Source of the DNA: a virus | Lineage: Duplodnaviria > Caudoviricetes | Virus record (IMG/VR): IMGVR_UViG_3300029288_000072 | Span: 1-64,000 of that record | Strand: one strand, 5' to 3' | DNA: 64,000 bases | Shown here: piece after piece, positions 18,852 to 31,379 of the stretch | Numbering within the stretch: the first letter of the stretch is position 1 | Layout: every line of letters begins with the position of its first letter | The notes under the pieces: generated by a model | Told to the model about the DNA's origin: nothing | What the model saw: only the letters and a program-made list of their open reading frames with translations | Databases searched by the model: none | Program-made: the position numbers and the translations under genes

Positions 18852-19168
18852 TTTTGCATTGCCTCTTTTCCCCAATAAAGCCAAATTTGCGGAACTACTA
18901 TATCTAGCATATATCCTAGTTTAAACCCAAGTTTACTATAATATAATTCAACTTTTTTGATCATATCTGCTGAAAGATATACTCCAATTCCTCTGGCGCA
19001 ATTTCCGTAATCATCTATTGAGTGTAGAGATGTTGAAAATTTACCAACAGAACAATCTTCTTTAATTCTTTTGTTAATTTCATTAAGTAAACGGGTGGGC
19101 GGTTCAACTGTTTGTTGATTTTGTTTAGCCAGATTGAATGCTTCGTTAGCGGTTATTTGGTTATCCAT
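18848..19168 (-). CDS. hypothetical protein, paralog of 18516-18851
   Basis: MDNQITANEAFNLAKQN. Confidence 0.7.
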   Translation of the reverse strand: MDNQITANEAFNLAKQNQQTVEPPTRLLNEINKRIKEDCSVGKFSTSLHSIDDYGNCARGIGVYLSADMIKKVELYYSKLGFKLGYMLDIVVPQIWLYWGKEAMQK

Positions 19169-19184
19169 GATATTCTGCCTTTCT

Positions 19185-20411
19185 TTAAGTGTAAAGATGT
19201 GATATTTGGTTATCACATGATGATATTATATCATCAGATTTTACATTGTCAAGAGTCTTGTTTCCACTACCTGACTTAATGTTAGTATTATTAACACCAG
19301 AGGTCTGATATCCACAAGCGTAGATTTCCGTTAAGCCAACGGTATATATATTTTTAGCTGCATTATGATCACGATTTAATTGAAATCCACAAATATTACA
19401 TTTATAAGTTCTATTATTTAGATGTAGATCATTTTTTATATATCCACAATTTGAACATGTTTTAGAAGAAGGATACCAGCGATCAATTTTATGTAGGATA
19501 TTATTAAAAATATCTTTTTTATAAGTTAATTGTCTGATAATTTCTCCTACACATCCATCAGATGCAGATTTACCATACATTTTATTCCAAGATTTAACAC
19601 ACAAGTCTTCAATTATGATAATTTGGTTTTCATTACATAATTGTGTTGTTAATTTATGAGTAAAATCTTTTCTAATATCTGATATTTTCTTATGTAGTTT
19701 AGCTACTTTTATTTTTTGTTTTTCTCTATTTTTACTATTTTTCTTTTTTCTACTAAGACTTCGTTGGATTCTTTTTAATTTTTTGAGATTATTTTTTAAT
19801 GGTTTTGGTGAATGTATTTGATTACCATCCTGATCAGTAACTAATGTTTTTATACCAAAGTCAATACTAATTGTATTATTTGATTTTCTTTGTTTATTGT
19901 GGTTTTCTATATCAACAGAGATAGACGCAAACCATGTGTCTGCTTGTCTAGATATTACACAACTTTGGATTTTTCCAGTAAATCTTAATGGTTCTGTTAA
20001 TTTTATTTCACCAATTAACGGTACTTTAATATGTGTATCATTTATTTTAAATTTATCATTTGATAAATAAAACGAATCTCTCAATCCTTTCTTTTTGAAT
20101 CTTGGATATTTACTTTTCTTTTTGAAAAATGAATTAAAAGATTTATTCAAATACGAAAAAACTTGTTGATTAGCGTCTTTTGGACTTTCATATATCCAAG
20201 GAAATTCTGTTTCTTTTATTTTATTAAACTCTTTTTTGATTAAATTTGCATTTGGTTTAGGTAATGTATTATTACCTTTCCATTCTTTGTACATTTGTGT
20301 CCACTTAGATAATCCCCAATTATATGCAAATCTTGCACAACCACATGATTTTATAAGTTGAGATTCTTGTTCTTTATTTGGTGTAATCTCAATCTTATGG
20401 GATAAAATCAT
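19185..20411 (-). CDS. tnpB: TnpB RNA-guided endonuclease
   Basis: N-terminal GCARFAYNW, RuvC motifs IDFG / IEDL / RDHNAAKNI, Zn finger CSNCG..CNICG. Confidence 0.92.
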   Translation of the reverse strand: MILSHKIEITPNKEQESQLIKSCGCARFAYNWGLSKWTQMYKEWKGNNTLPKPNANLIKKEFNKIKETEFPWIYESPKDANQQVFSYLNKSFNSFFKKKSKYPRFKKKGLRDSFYLSNDKFKINDTHIKVPLIGEIKLTEPLRFTGKIQSCVISRQADTWFASISVDIENHNKQRKSNNTISIDFGIKTLVTDQDGNQIHSPKPLKNNLKKLKRIQRSLSRKKKNSKNREKQKIKVAKLHKKISDIRKDFTHKLTTQLCNENQIIIIEDLCVKSWNKMYGKSASDGCVGEIIRQLTYKKDIFNNILHKIDRWYPSSKTCSNCGYIKNDLHLNNRTYKCNICGFQLNRDHNAAKNIYTVGLTEIYACGYQTSGVNNTNIKSGSGNKTLDNVKSDDIISSCDNQISHLYT

Positions 20412-20554
20412 AATTCTAATCTACCCTTTAATGCTATTACACGTACATATTCTGATACAGATTTAAACCCAAATTGATTTGCTCGTTTCTTAAGTAATTC
20501 CTTTTCTTTAAATGTCATTCTTACATTTAATTTCGTTTCTTGTTTTGTACTCAT
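20408..20554 (-). CDS. 48-aa ribbon-helix-helix (MobC/CopG-like) protein
   Basis: MSTKQETKLNVRMTFKEKELLKKRANQFGFKSVSEYVRVIALKGRLEL; ATGA overlap with tnpB. Confidence 0.75.
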   Translation of the reverse strand: MSTKQETKLNVRMTFKEKELLKKRANQFGFKSVSEYVRVIALKGRLEL

Positions 20555-20670
20555 ATTGTCCTCACTTTTTATTTATATCGGAAAAATTGAAAATTAAAAA
20601 TATTTTTACTAGTGTAAATTTTTATATTTATTTTCATTTTTATACACAATTTATGTATCTAGATATATCT

Positions 20671-20806
20671 CCCTGATGCAATCTTCCCATTTACAAGGAG
20701 CAAGTTTATGTGGCTGTTTACTATATATTAAAGGAACCATGCTATTACCAGTTTCCTTGGTAACAAATGTTTCTCCATCTAATAATCGTTGAAACTTTTC
20801 GTACAT
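20671..20806 (-). pseudogene. 5' half of an S24/S26-peptidase-like gene split by the element
   Basis: MYEKFQRLLDGETFVTKETGNSMVPLIYSKQPHKLAPCKWEDCI (GNSMxP motif). Confidence 0.7.
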
Positions 20807-23658
20807 ATCAAATCCATTCATGAAATTGTATTAGGTCTATTTTTCTTTTAATTACATCTGCTGTATATTCTTTTCCTTTTAGCGCACACATATTTGCTGC
20901 TTTATCTTTATTAATTTTTATTACAAATGTAAAATCCTCGTTAATATGATTTGTTTCCACTAAATCTTTTTCTATTTCAGAAACCATTGTATATAATTTT
21001 GGTTCTTCGTTTGTATCAAAATTATATGCATTATCTTTTGAAAATGTATCACTATTATAATATAAAATATGTGCGGTTCCCTGTCCAACCATACATTTGT
21101 ATGTTAATGGATTGTTTTTGTATATAAAATGAAAAAGTTCTGTATGAAACATACATTTATGTTTAGTAAAATATTTCTCAAAAAATGGAGAATTAACATA
21201 ATCTATAAACGTCATGAATCTCTTATATCTTTCTTTATCATCATAAAGAAGATTTTCAGAATCTATAAATTCGTTTTCTATTAATTTTGGTAGAAATTCG
21301 TCTAACATGTCAATCTGACTCATTTGATTCTCCTAATAAAAAGGTTATAAACTCTTCTACTGTCAACCCATGATCTTTTGCCATTTTTGTGACCATCCAT
21401 TTATTAATTTCTATTATTTCTTCTATAGTTGGTACTGGTGGAGGATTATTTTCAAAATGTTTTTTAAGTAATAGAAAAGTAAATCTATCTAATCCTTTAG
21501 GTTCATCAGGAATATTGAAATTAACTAATTGATCATTATCCATTTCAAATATCTCTATAATCCCATTCTGTATATGGATGGTCTTTAACAAATTGGGTAT
21601 ATGCTTTTTTAGATGTAGCATATACAACAGTTTCAAAATTACCCCATACAGTACCATAATCTTTATGTGTTGCCTTGAATTCATTTATCCATTTGGAATA
21701 ATCTTCGTGAATTTGTCCATCTATACGCCATCCAGATTTCATTTTACCATTTTCCGGTAACAATGTTCTTGCTTGGCTTTTGAAATCTCTAGTAAATTCT
21801 ATTTTAAATCTTGCTCTTGGTTTCATTTTAACTCCTTTTAACTCTGATATAATATCATCACTTTAGGATAAGTCATGTTTTATTTTAACACGTTATGTTA
21901 ATGCTTTACATTTTATATAATCAACTAGATCATCTAATCTTTGTTTTATTACGTTATATGGATCATTATTGAATTCTATTTCCATTTCGTCTGTCATATC
22001 CATTGATCTGATTAGTATTAAATCGCCAAAATATATTATAAAATCTGAATATGTTAAAAACTCTATTGTTAAATAAGTATCAGTAAAATATGAATATGGT
22101 TTGCGATTATTACAGTCTTCTAGATTACAATTAAAATATACTATTGTATCTAGTAATTTTTTAATTTGGTCCATTTGATTCTCCTTTTAATCAGAATAAT
22201 GTTCGAAGATTTTATCACAAATATACATAACATGTTCATATGATCCATTAATATGGAATATACTTTCCAAAAACCCCTTTTCCTCAAACCAAGTTATATT
22301 ATAACCATAAAATTTTGCCTTTTCTAAATCCCGTTTTATTTGTTTACGAATCAAAAGACCGGCAGTTATTGTTCTTGTTATGGTATTTTTCATAAAATTA
22401 TCTTAATATAGATTCGTTTTTTCTAAACTTTCTGTAATCATTATAATCCTTTTTTAGGAGGAGGAGGTTTAACATTTGGACGGAGAGGAATCTCTTTTAA
22501 AGAGACAAAATTATTTCTTCCAAAATATATCAATTTTCTAATTAACCTTCTCTTCATTGTATTTCCTTAACAAGATTTGAAATTTCATTTACATTTTTTT
22601 CATATACATTTTTTTCATCAGTTAATTCGTAAACTTTATATATGAAGTCTCTAACAAATACACTTTCCTTCATACCGCAACATCCTATGTTATTATATAA
22701 ATTCAATATTTCTCGTTCGCCATCGGTCATAATTAAATTTGGAATAAAATATTTATCAGGATTATATTCTACTTTAATATTTTCTGGTAATATTCCTTTT
22801 GAAATTGCCCAATTCCTATATTCATATAATCTTTTCATCATTTCTTCTATAGATTTTTTGTGTGTATTAAATGACGTTATTGAAGTTTTTTTTATCTTTT
22901 CAAAATATTCATCTGATATTTTTTTATCAAATGGTGTCATATATAGTTCTTCGTCTACATATTGTTCGGAAGGATTTTGATTTAATATAACCGCGTTTGC
23001 CGTAGAAATATTATTATTTTCTTGTTTAACCTCTTTTTCAGACTGCTTTTCTTCTATAACAGTCTTTTTCTTTAAAAACCACATACTAGACTCCTTTTAT
23101 TAGTTTTGTTGATTATCTATCTTCAAATTATACAGAACTTCTTTAAAGATGCAAGCACAAACTACTGCACAATTTTTAACAACATTAATATCATTAGGAA
23201 CGTCTTTGTTATATAAATTTGATGAATATAAATGTTTTTTCTTAAATAAACATGTATGCGTTTTCACATCTAATAAATTAAATCCTTTATTGGTAACTCT
23301 AATAAATTGAAATATCCTATTACCCATTTGATAATAGGCACCGAGTTTAAAACTTCTAAAATATATGTTAAGCATAATCAATCCTCAATATATGATAGGT
23401 TCCATTTGTTCGCAAAATGCTCAAATGTTTTTCTTACATATGCAACTGGACTTAAATGTTCAGGATTATATTCAAAAAATCCGCCTCTTATTTCTGATAT
23501 ACAATCAACATCGTTCATGAAATTCAATTTATCAGATTCTTTTTCCAATTTTAACAAAAACATTGTATAATGTCGGATATCAATACAACAGGAAATATCG
23601 TCTTTTAATGATTCGCAATCAACTATTGTATTGTTATTTGAATCTCGTAAAAAATGTA

Positions 23659-24246
23659 TCATGTATTTAATCCTGTTATTTTAATCGGTTCTTTTGTTGC
23701 TATATATGTTGTATCCCAATTAGAATACAACCAATCGTCGTACTTCATCCAATAAACATCACCAAAAATATTCAAACATAAAAACATATCAGAATCTTCG
23801 TCATAGTGTTTAATAACAAAACTATGACATTCTGTATAATTTACTAATATTTGTTTTATATTGTTATTAAAAGATAAACATTGTATAGGTTTAACTCCCA
23901 ATATAATAGGGATATTTTTAATATTATCATATATATCATAACATTTACGTTTAATATGACATGATGTTAAAATGGGATAATGGTTCAAAAATGTTACTAT
24001 AATTTCTTTGTCATTTTTAATACTTGCTAAATTTATTCCCAAATCATTAGAAATACAATATAAATCTGCTGGTGATGTTCCATAATGGAGTTTATACTTC
24101 CTAGCAATATATTTAAGTTTTTTTATAGGTGGAATTGGCATAGAATAATGTTCTAACAAATTTAGAATAGCTATAAATCCACATGTATTTTCTGGTCCTT
24201 GTGTATAACAAGTTTTAATCTGGAATTGTTCTAGACATTCTTGCAT
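23659..24246 (-). CDS. C39-like cysteine peptidase-fold protein
   Basis: QGPENTCG...GTS...HSFVI...N. Confidence 0.55.
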   Translation of the reverse strand: MQECLEQFQIKTCYTQGPENTCGFIAILNLLEHYSMPIPPIKKLKYIARKYKLHYGTSPADLYCISNDLGINLASIKNDKEIIVTFLNHYPILTSCHIKRKCYDIYDNIKNIPIILGVKPIQCLSFNNNIKQILVNYTECHSFVIKHYDEDSDMFLCLNIFGDVYWMKYDDWLYSNWDTTYIATKEPIKITGLNT

Positions 24247-27200
24247 TTATTAACCTTTATATCAAATTCCAATTCCCATTCCAATTCCCATTCCAGTATT
24301 TTTAATCGTGTAATACAATTATCAATATTAGTTCCTGTCTTAAAATTATTTTTAAATTCGTCTGAATTTAAAAATTGGTGCAATTTACTTGCAACAAACC
24401 ATTTCTTTTCTTTATCACTAATATGATTTACAAACGCTTCGTATTTTAGATATATAGGATATGCACTATTCATTATTTTTTGAACAAATTCTTTTACTGT
24501 ATCTGTATGCGAAATAGTATAATCATTTTTATCAAATAAAGAAATAGGAAATTCTTTGTTGATGGTGAAATCCATAAAATCACTAAATGCTGTAATAGAA
24601 ACAGTTACATTATTTAAAGTAGGAATAACTTTAATAATTAATGGGCAATACTCTGTTATAGGGGTTTCGTCAATGGAAAATGTTATCCCAAACAATTTTC
24701 TAGGTATTTCTTTTATTCCGACAATTTTAGTAACATATAAGTTGCAGAGCGGGTCGAAATAGTTAAGAACTCTTTCTTTTAATTCTTTTTCTTTTCTAGA
24801 TATATTATTTACAACATCAATTATATTGTTCATTTTTCTTCCTTATTAAAAATTTGTTTCATATGATAATAAAATGCTGGTTTCTGAGTAAAAAACGGAT
24901 GCATATCGTGAGTACAATTAAATATTAATTTGTAATGGTCATTCAATCCTTTTCTTAGTCTTTCAGATTCTTGAATTTCTTCTTCTTGTGTCATTTTTCT
25001 TCCTTTATATGTTTTTTATTCTCACATGCAAAACACCCAAACTCAATGAACAGAACCAGAGGGATCATCCACAAAAGTACTAACCAGTTCCATCCAGACA
25101 ACTCAAGTACAAAGAAAAAGAGGAGTCCAGTTGATATGTTTCCCAACATAATAACTATATTATAAAAACGTTTCATTGATGATATTTTCATTTTTCTTCC
25201 TTATGATATGGTCTGTTGTATCTATTCTGGTCAAATGTCCAATCCATTAACTTATTGTCGTTTGGTATATTTTCAAAATCTGGAACCAATGCTTTACAAA
25301 CGTCATATGCATCAAAATATAGATTTTTTAAAGAATTAATATAGTTCATTTCTTTCTCAAAATATTGACATTGTTGTTCGTTTTTAAAATATACAGAATA
25401 TTTAATAAGAAATTGGTCCAATGATAATGTTTCAAAATCATTTGAAAATTCTGGAAAATTGTTTCCATTAAATTCTGACGGCATATTACTAAACAAAAAC
25501 CGTTTCCATTCGCATCTACTAACAACTTTCCATGCTTCAAGAAATTCCGTCATTGTTTTTGCGTCTACCATATCATTCTCCTATTAGATTATCAAAAAAT
25601 TGTATTGCTTTAAACTCGGGAGGAAAAGATAAAACATCCTGCAAATCTTTAACAAATCTTGTTGTTAGTGTTTGGATTTGTAATTTATTATCTTCTATCC
25701 AAAAAATCATATCTTTATATTGTAATATACAAGAACGTTTTATTCCATCAGAATCTATTGGGGTTTCTTTTGCAGCCAATAACATTAAAGGCAAAAGACA
25801 AAATGATTCATCTTTTAAAAATTGTTCTACTGTGTCTTGTTTCATTATATTTTCCTTATAATATCAGTATTATCCTGTAAAAGAATTGGTACTGGTGCAA
25901 TACCAAAGTGCCATTTAGACTTTGTTTTGCATGTTATACAAGTATACCATCCCTCGCCAGTAACTCCTTCTTGGTCTGTCTGTGCCTCCCACATTGCTTG
26001 ATCGTTAAGAAGATCACTGCAGCAAGGGCAATAACAAGCGCAGCCGCAATTGTGTATAGATAAAGATACACGCTTTTTCCACCGTGCGTTTTCTATCCAT
26101 TGTTTGATACGTTTCATTTATTTCTCACTTTCCTAAACATTCAACAACATGTTTACAACCATTATGACATATATTCATCGCATTTTCCTTATCCATCCAA
26201 CCAAGATTCTCGTTCATATTCTAGCTTTTTTAATTTTTCAATCCACTCATTTGCTTTATTTAATTCTTCATAATTTCCTACATGTTGTACGGAAGGATAT
26301 ATGCAATCATAATGAAAATGTATATTAACTTTTTTATTGCCAACCTTACATCCCTCAATAACAATTGAAGTTTCATTTTTTCCAATAACCTTTTCACATA
26401 TACGACATATTCTTTCTTTATCGCTTTTATGCATTTTAATTTTTGCCATATTTAGTCCTTTAAAATTTTTATTCTATGTTAGATTATATTCTTTATTATT
26501 TCAATGTCAATAACTAAGTTTTATTCAATTTATAATTGTTTTCTAATCTAGTTTCTGCGGTAATATGTTTACAAAACTCAACGTTATGTGTCATTTAAAC
26601 TCTTTATATAATGTAAAAACATCACAGAAAATATGTTTTTTGTATCAAGTGAAATAACATAAAAACTTGATTCACTATATTCCACAACATAATAATTTTT
26701 AGTTAAAAGAATTTTAAAAGTCATTTTTTGTCCTAAAATAATCACAAAAGCATAACCATACAAAAACCAAATCTATATTCTCACAAACTAAAATATTCTT
26801 ATCTAAATATGTTATCCTTAATAATTTATTTGATCCAGTATGAACAACCGGAACTATTTTAAACTCATTAATTATTCGATTAATCATAATACAATGAATT
26901 TTAGGAAATTTCTGCGGCATAACATATTAAAAGGTTTAACAAATACGGTATAGTTGCCTTGTCTTTTTCGCAACGTGTTATACATTTATTTTTAAAACGT
27001 ATTAAAACAAAATTTAATCCATTATTTTTAATTTTAGGGTATTCATTTACAACAAAGTCATTACAAATATGCCAATACTTAAATATTTCACTAAATAGGT
27101 TTCTTCCATTCCAAAACGTATATTCGTTTTTATCTATTTTGCTTAAAATCTTTGAATATATATTTATTCTTTCGTAATAATAATGTATTATACAAGTATC

Positions 27201-27611
27201 CTCACATGGACGAATTACTTTAATATCAATATTCTTTGACATGTATTACCCAAAATTTAAATACGTTCCTAATAGTCAAATCCTTTTTAGAAAGAGTTAA
27301 AAGAAATTTGTCATGACCAGATTTATTTATTAATGAACAAGTATAATATTCTCCAGGGAAGAATGTATCGTCTTTTATAATTTTTATTTCTGGATAATAT
27401 ATCATGATTTTCCATCAAGTATGGCATTTCCTACATCAGAGAGAAATATTGCACCAGACTCATCTTCCCGAACAAGCCCCTTGCTGGTCAACATTATCCA
27501 CAACGCTTCACCAATTGGTTCATGATCCTCTTTAAAGATGGCAGAGGTTGCATGTCCGTTAGTGTTCCTAACATATTCTAATACTCTCAAATGTGGATTC
27601 ATAAATGATCC

Positions 27612-28703
27612 TTATTTTATAATTGTTGTTTCAAGGAATTTTTTACACTCACCCAAATATTTTTTTAATATTTTATTGCATATATCAAATGTTAAATGAT
27701 TTCTGCATATCTTAACAATATCTAAAAGAACAGTCTTATCTCTCTTTACAATAATGTTAATATACTTCATCTTTATATTATCACTAAACATCATATCAAA
27801 TATAAAATTTTCTAAATTTTTATAAATTATATAATAATACTTATCAGTTTTAAGTAACTCTCGTTCTACCAATTCTTTTAAAAACTCTTTCGTTGGTTCA
27901 GTTAATGTACAAAATTCTTTAAATATTGTTTGTAAAATGGATGGTCCATGAAAATCTATTCCATAATCCAACTCAACATCCATTCCTATTAAATACGCAT
28001 TTACAAGTTCTTTAAAACTGAACTTTTTTGGTCTATATATTAGCGTTTCATTGCATTTTGATTTTAAATAATTAATAATATTGATATCAGAAATTCCCAA
28101 ATATCTATTTAATACTCTGTTAGTAATGCTTATATCACTATTTACTAATTTATCAATCAAATCTATTTTCATATCTGAGCATAATATACCATCCCATAAT
28201 TTTTCTTTATCAAACTCAATATTTAATTTTACTATTTCTTCTATTTTATCAATATTTTGAACTATTAGTTTATGTCTATCTTTTTCTTTAATAAACGGCA
28301 ATAATATACCTAAATCCTTAATTGATAAATCATAAAAATCAAAATCATAAGCATCCATTGATATCTCTATGTTATTATCTCTTGCTAACTTCTGTAACTT
28401 TACATCTTTACATAAAACTCTAGGATTATATAATATAAATCCTAACTTATCTATATCATTAAACTTATACGAGTTTAAATATTTTATGGAATCCGTTGTA
28501 TCAAACCGCAATAAAAATGAATAACGCAACTTCTTTTTGTCTGGTTCTTTTACCATTATCTTAAAATCTTTATAATCGAGTTTATGTGTTGGACAAAACA
28601 AACTATATAATGCGTAGTTACCCATCATATTATTTTTGTTTTTCTCTACATATTCGGACATTTCTTTTCGTGCTTTAGAAACTAAAGAATGTACTAAATT
28701 CAT
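27612..28703 (-). CDS. hypothetical protein, 363 aa
   Basis: Long ORF with SD. Confidence 0.75.
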   Translation of the reverse strand: MNLVHSLVSKARKEMSEYVEKNKNNMMGNYALYSLFCPTHKLDYKDFKIMVKEPDKKKLRYSFLLRFDTTDSIKYLNSYKFNDIDKLGFILYNPRVLCKDVKLQKLARDNNIEISMDAYDFDFYDLSIKDLGILLPFIKEKDRHKLIVQNIDKIEEIVKLNIEFDKEKLWDGILCSDMKIDLIDKLVNSDISITNRVLNRYLGISDINIINYLKSKCNETLIYRPKKFSFKELVNAYLIGMDVELDYGIDFHGPSILQTIFKEFCTLTEPTKEFLKELVERELLKTDKYYYIIYKNLENFIFDMMFSDNIKMKYINIIVKRDKTVLLDIVKICRNHLTFDICNKILKKYLGECKKFLETTIIK

Positions 28704-29008
28704 TTTGTATTCCTTTCAGATAATGTATGATATAATTTTATTAAAACTATAATACTTAGTTTTTAAACCTTTTCGGAATAGGAGGCCCACCATTGGGCCA
28801 CACCATATAATGAGGAAGAAATGCCGCACCAAGTGGAATTGTAATTAATCCAACAGGATATGCAAACAATCTAATGAACATAGGTTGCATCATACAACCA
28901 TAATGCCATCCAATGGCTGTAAACACAAGTTTTTCCCACACAGATAAGTCTTTAATTGGCATTTTATACTCCTTTAACTATCTTATTCTACATATATATT
29001 TTAATATG

Positions 29009-29371
29009 TCAAATTAAAAAATCTTTATCTTTTAATTCTTTTAAAACTTCTTTCCAATCTACATTTTTATTTTGGTCTAAACTACCCCCACATGATTTAT
29101 CATCAATAATCAAATTAAAATGTGGTTTATGAATATGAATTTCATCATATTCGATTCCATGACAATTTAAATAGTCTATCATTTCAGAATGACCATTTTT
29201 CATGTTTGTTTCTTTATCATTACTTCTAACAGAATATATTATAAGTTTGTGTCCAGATTCCTTTAACCTTTTCAATACATATAAACACTCAGAAGAAGGT
29301 CCAGGAACTAAGGAATCATTACAACCTTTGTTAGGACATATAGTTCCATCAAAATCAATACAAATATTCAT
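29009..29371 (-). CDS. HAD-superfamily phosphatase-like protein
   Basis: ICIDFDGTI, S/T motif, KP...IIDDK. Confidence 0.8.
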   Translation of the reverse strand: MNICIDFDGTICPNKGCNDSLVPGPSSECLYVLKRLKESGHKLIIYSVRSNDKETNMKNGHSEMIDYLNCHGIEYDEIHIHKPHFNLIIDDKSCGGSLDQNKNVDWKEVLKELKDKDFLI

Positions 29372-29456
29372 CTGTTACCTTTCTAAAAAAGATTTAGCAG
29401 ATTTATGCCATCGCCGTGTTTAGGGGCCGCACACATATTATTTCATTTCTAACACC

Positions 29457-29526
29457 ATTATACTAACTCATATTCTTATGTCAATTAAAACTTTTTATTT
29501 GACTTCAAAATCCTTTTGTTTATAAT
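29457..29526. promoter_or_regulatory. Back-to-back divergent promoters at the strand switch
   Basis: TTGACA-N16-TATAAT leftward; TTGACT-N16-TATAAT rightward. Confidence 0.75.
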
Positions 29527-30762
29527 CATCAAATCGAAACATTCTAAACTTAACCTACAAAGGAATTATATGAGGCCAGGAACCATAATTCAATTACAAG
29601 ATGGTAGAATCGGAACCACTGTTTTCAATGGTTTAATTGGTATAGGAATAAAATGGGGTGAACATACATTACCAGAAGGTATATTGGATGAAACTAGTGC
29701 TGAATTTACTAGTAATATCCCAGAAGATTTTGAATGGGAACCAGATGCAATATTACGAAATCCGTGGGATGGTTGTGACCGTTATGGATTTACTAAAGAG
29801 CAATGTGTCGGAGATAATTTTGTTGTATTACGCAAAGGGAAATGAGACAATATATGTTCAATAAGGAACAACGAGCACATATGGAATACCTTTTTAAAAT
29901 ACCAAACTCTTTGAAATGTTGGTGTGGATGGTATCTAAAATGTGAATGCCCAAAATGTCCACCGGATAAAAGTCGAGAAGACTATTATGAAGATAAAAAA
30001 TTAAAGGAAAAATTAAAATGAAAAGATTTAATCTAGAATATCTTGTACCCGACTCCTGTTCGTGTCCAAAAGGTATGGTAGAACGTCCAGACGGAAAATA
30101 TGTTCTGTATAATGATGCTAAAGAAGAAATAGATCGTATTACAAAACAACCAATAAGTGACAATATACAACTTGTTAATAGAATTCAAGAATATCTCCTT
30201 CATGGTGGATTATTTAATCCAGAATTGGCTATCCATGAAAATGTTCGTGATTTATTAATGGACATTTTAGAATATCTTAAACCCGAAACAAAAGAAATTG
30301 ATAAACGATGTAAGCATGGAGTTTTTCTAACTCATCGGTGCAGAGATTGTGAACAAGAACCAATATGCGAAAAAGACTTCGAACTTTTCAAAAAACAATT
30401 ATTAGGATCAGAAGATATTTATTCAAAACATATTGTAGAAATCTGGACTGTCGGATCGTTAGACTCAATTAGTTATGTTATTATAGAACCATATAACAAA
30501 ATAGATAACTCTTGGTGGGCTATCAATGGTGAATATATTGTTATTCCCAATAAAGAAAAATCAGAAGTATATCTCCCATATACAAAAATAACTCATGAAT
30601 CACACTATCTAGGTGATGTCGAATATACTGGAAACTATAACGAAACTATTAATAATTATAAAGATACTAAAAAAATAATAGGTTTTAATGGAGTTAAATT
30701 CAAAGAACAATTAAAGCCAACCGTCGAAACCGACGAACCACCATTCTAAAAAGGAATATAAA

Positions 30763-31026
30763 ATGATATTAATTAATGCAAAAGATGCATCTAATGCATA
30801 TTTAAACAATAAATTTAATGAGGAAGAAAAATACTTCATTTTCAAAGAAATTGAATCTATATTAGAAGAAATAAATTCAAAATGTAAAGATATAAACTAT
30901 ATAACAAGATTTTATGGTAATCAAGAGGATATTATAATATCGTTTATAGCATTTAGATTACAAAGATTTTTCGGATATAACATAAGATATGGAGTTCATA
31001 AAGAAATAATTATATCATGGGCATAA
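30763..31026 (+). CDS. hypothetical protein, likely distant paralog of the 18.5-19.2 kb pair
   Basis: INAKDA... start, FGYNI...IIISW end. Confidence 0.6.
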   Translation: MILINAKDASNAYLNNKFNEEEKYFIFKEIESILEEINSKCKDINYITRFYGNQEDIIISFIAFRLQRFFGYNIRYGVHKEIIISWA

Positions 31027-31039
31027 CAAAATAAAAAGG

Positions 31040-31225
31040 AGCTAAAAATATATATACCGTTGGCTTAACGGAAATCTACGCTTGTGGATATCAGACCTCT
31101 GGTGTTAATAATACTAACATTAAGTCAGGTAGTGGAAACAAGACTCTTGACAATGTAAAATCTGATGATATAATATCATCATGTGATAACCAAATATCAC
31201 ATCTTTACACTTAAAGAAAGGCAGA
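31040..31225 (+). mobile_element. 186-bp stand-alone copy of the tnpB 3' end / omegaRNA right end
   Basis: Reverse complement of 19174-19359, no mismatch seen by eye. Confidence 0.9.
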
Positions 31226-31379
31226 TATTGTTTATTGTAAAGTAAAAGGAAGGTTCTACACTCATTTAGTAGTTGCAATTGATCAGAATAAAGGCTGTTT
31301 AATCGGAAATAATAGAGGACATATTAATGGATGGACCAAAAAGGTTTTTGGTAAGGTTATAGAGGTTCTACCTTTATAA
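31224..31379 (+). pseudogene. 3' half of the split S24/S26-like gene
   Basis: DIVYCKVKGRFYTHLVVAIDQNKGCLIGNNRGHINGWTKKVFGKVIEVLPL*, no start of its own. Confidence 0.7.

Larger units (their letters stand above)
19175..20670 (-). mobile_element. IS607-like non-autonomous element (RHH gene + tnpB, no tnpA)
   Basis: AG core at both junctions; abuts the 5' half of an S24/S26-like gene. Confidence 0.75.

Noticed and set aside
19175-20670. IStron (group I intron plus TnpB)
   Set aside because: Only about 115 AT-rich nt lie between the left junction and the RHH start, too little for an intron core
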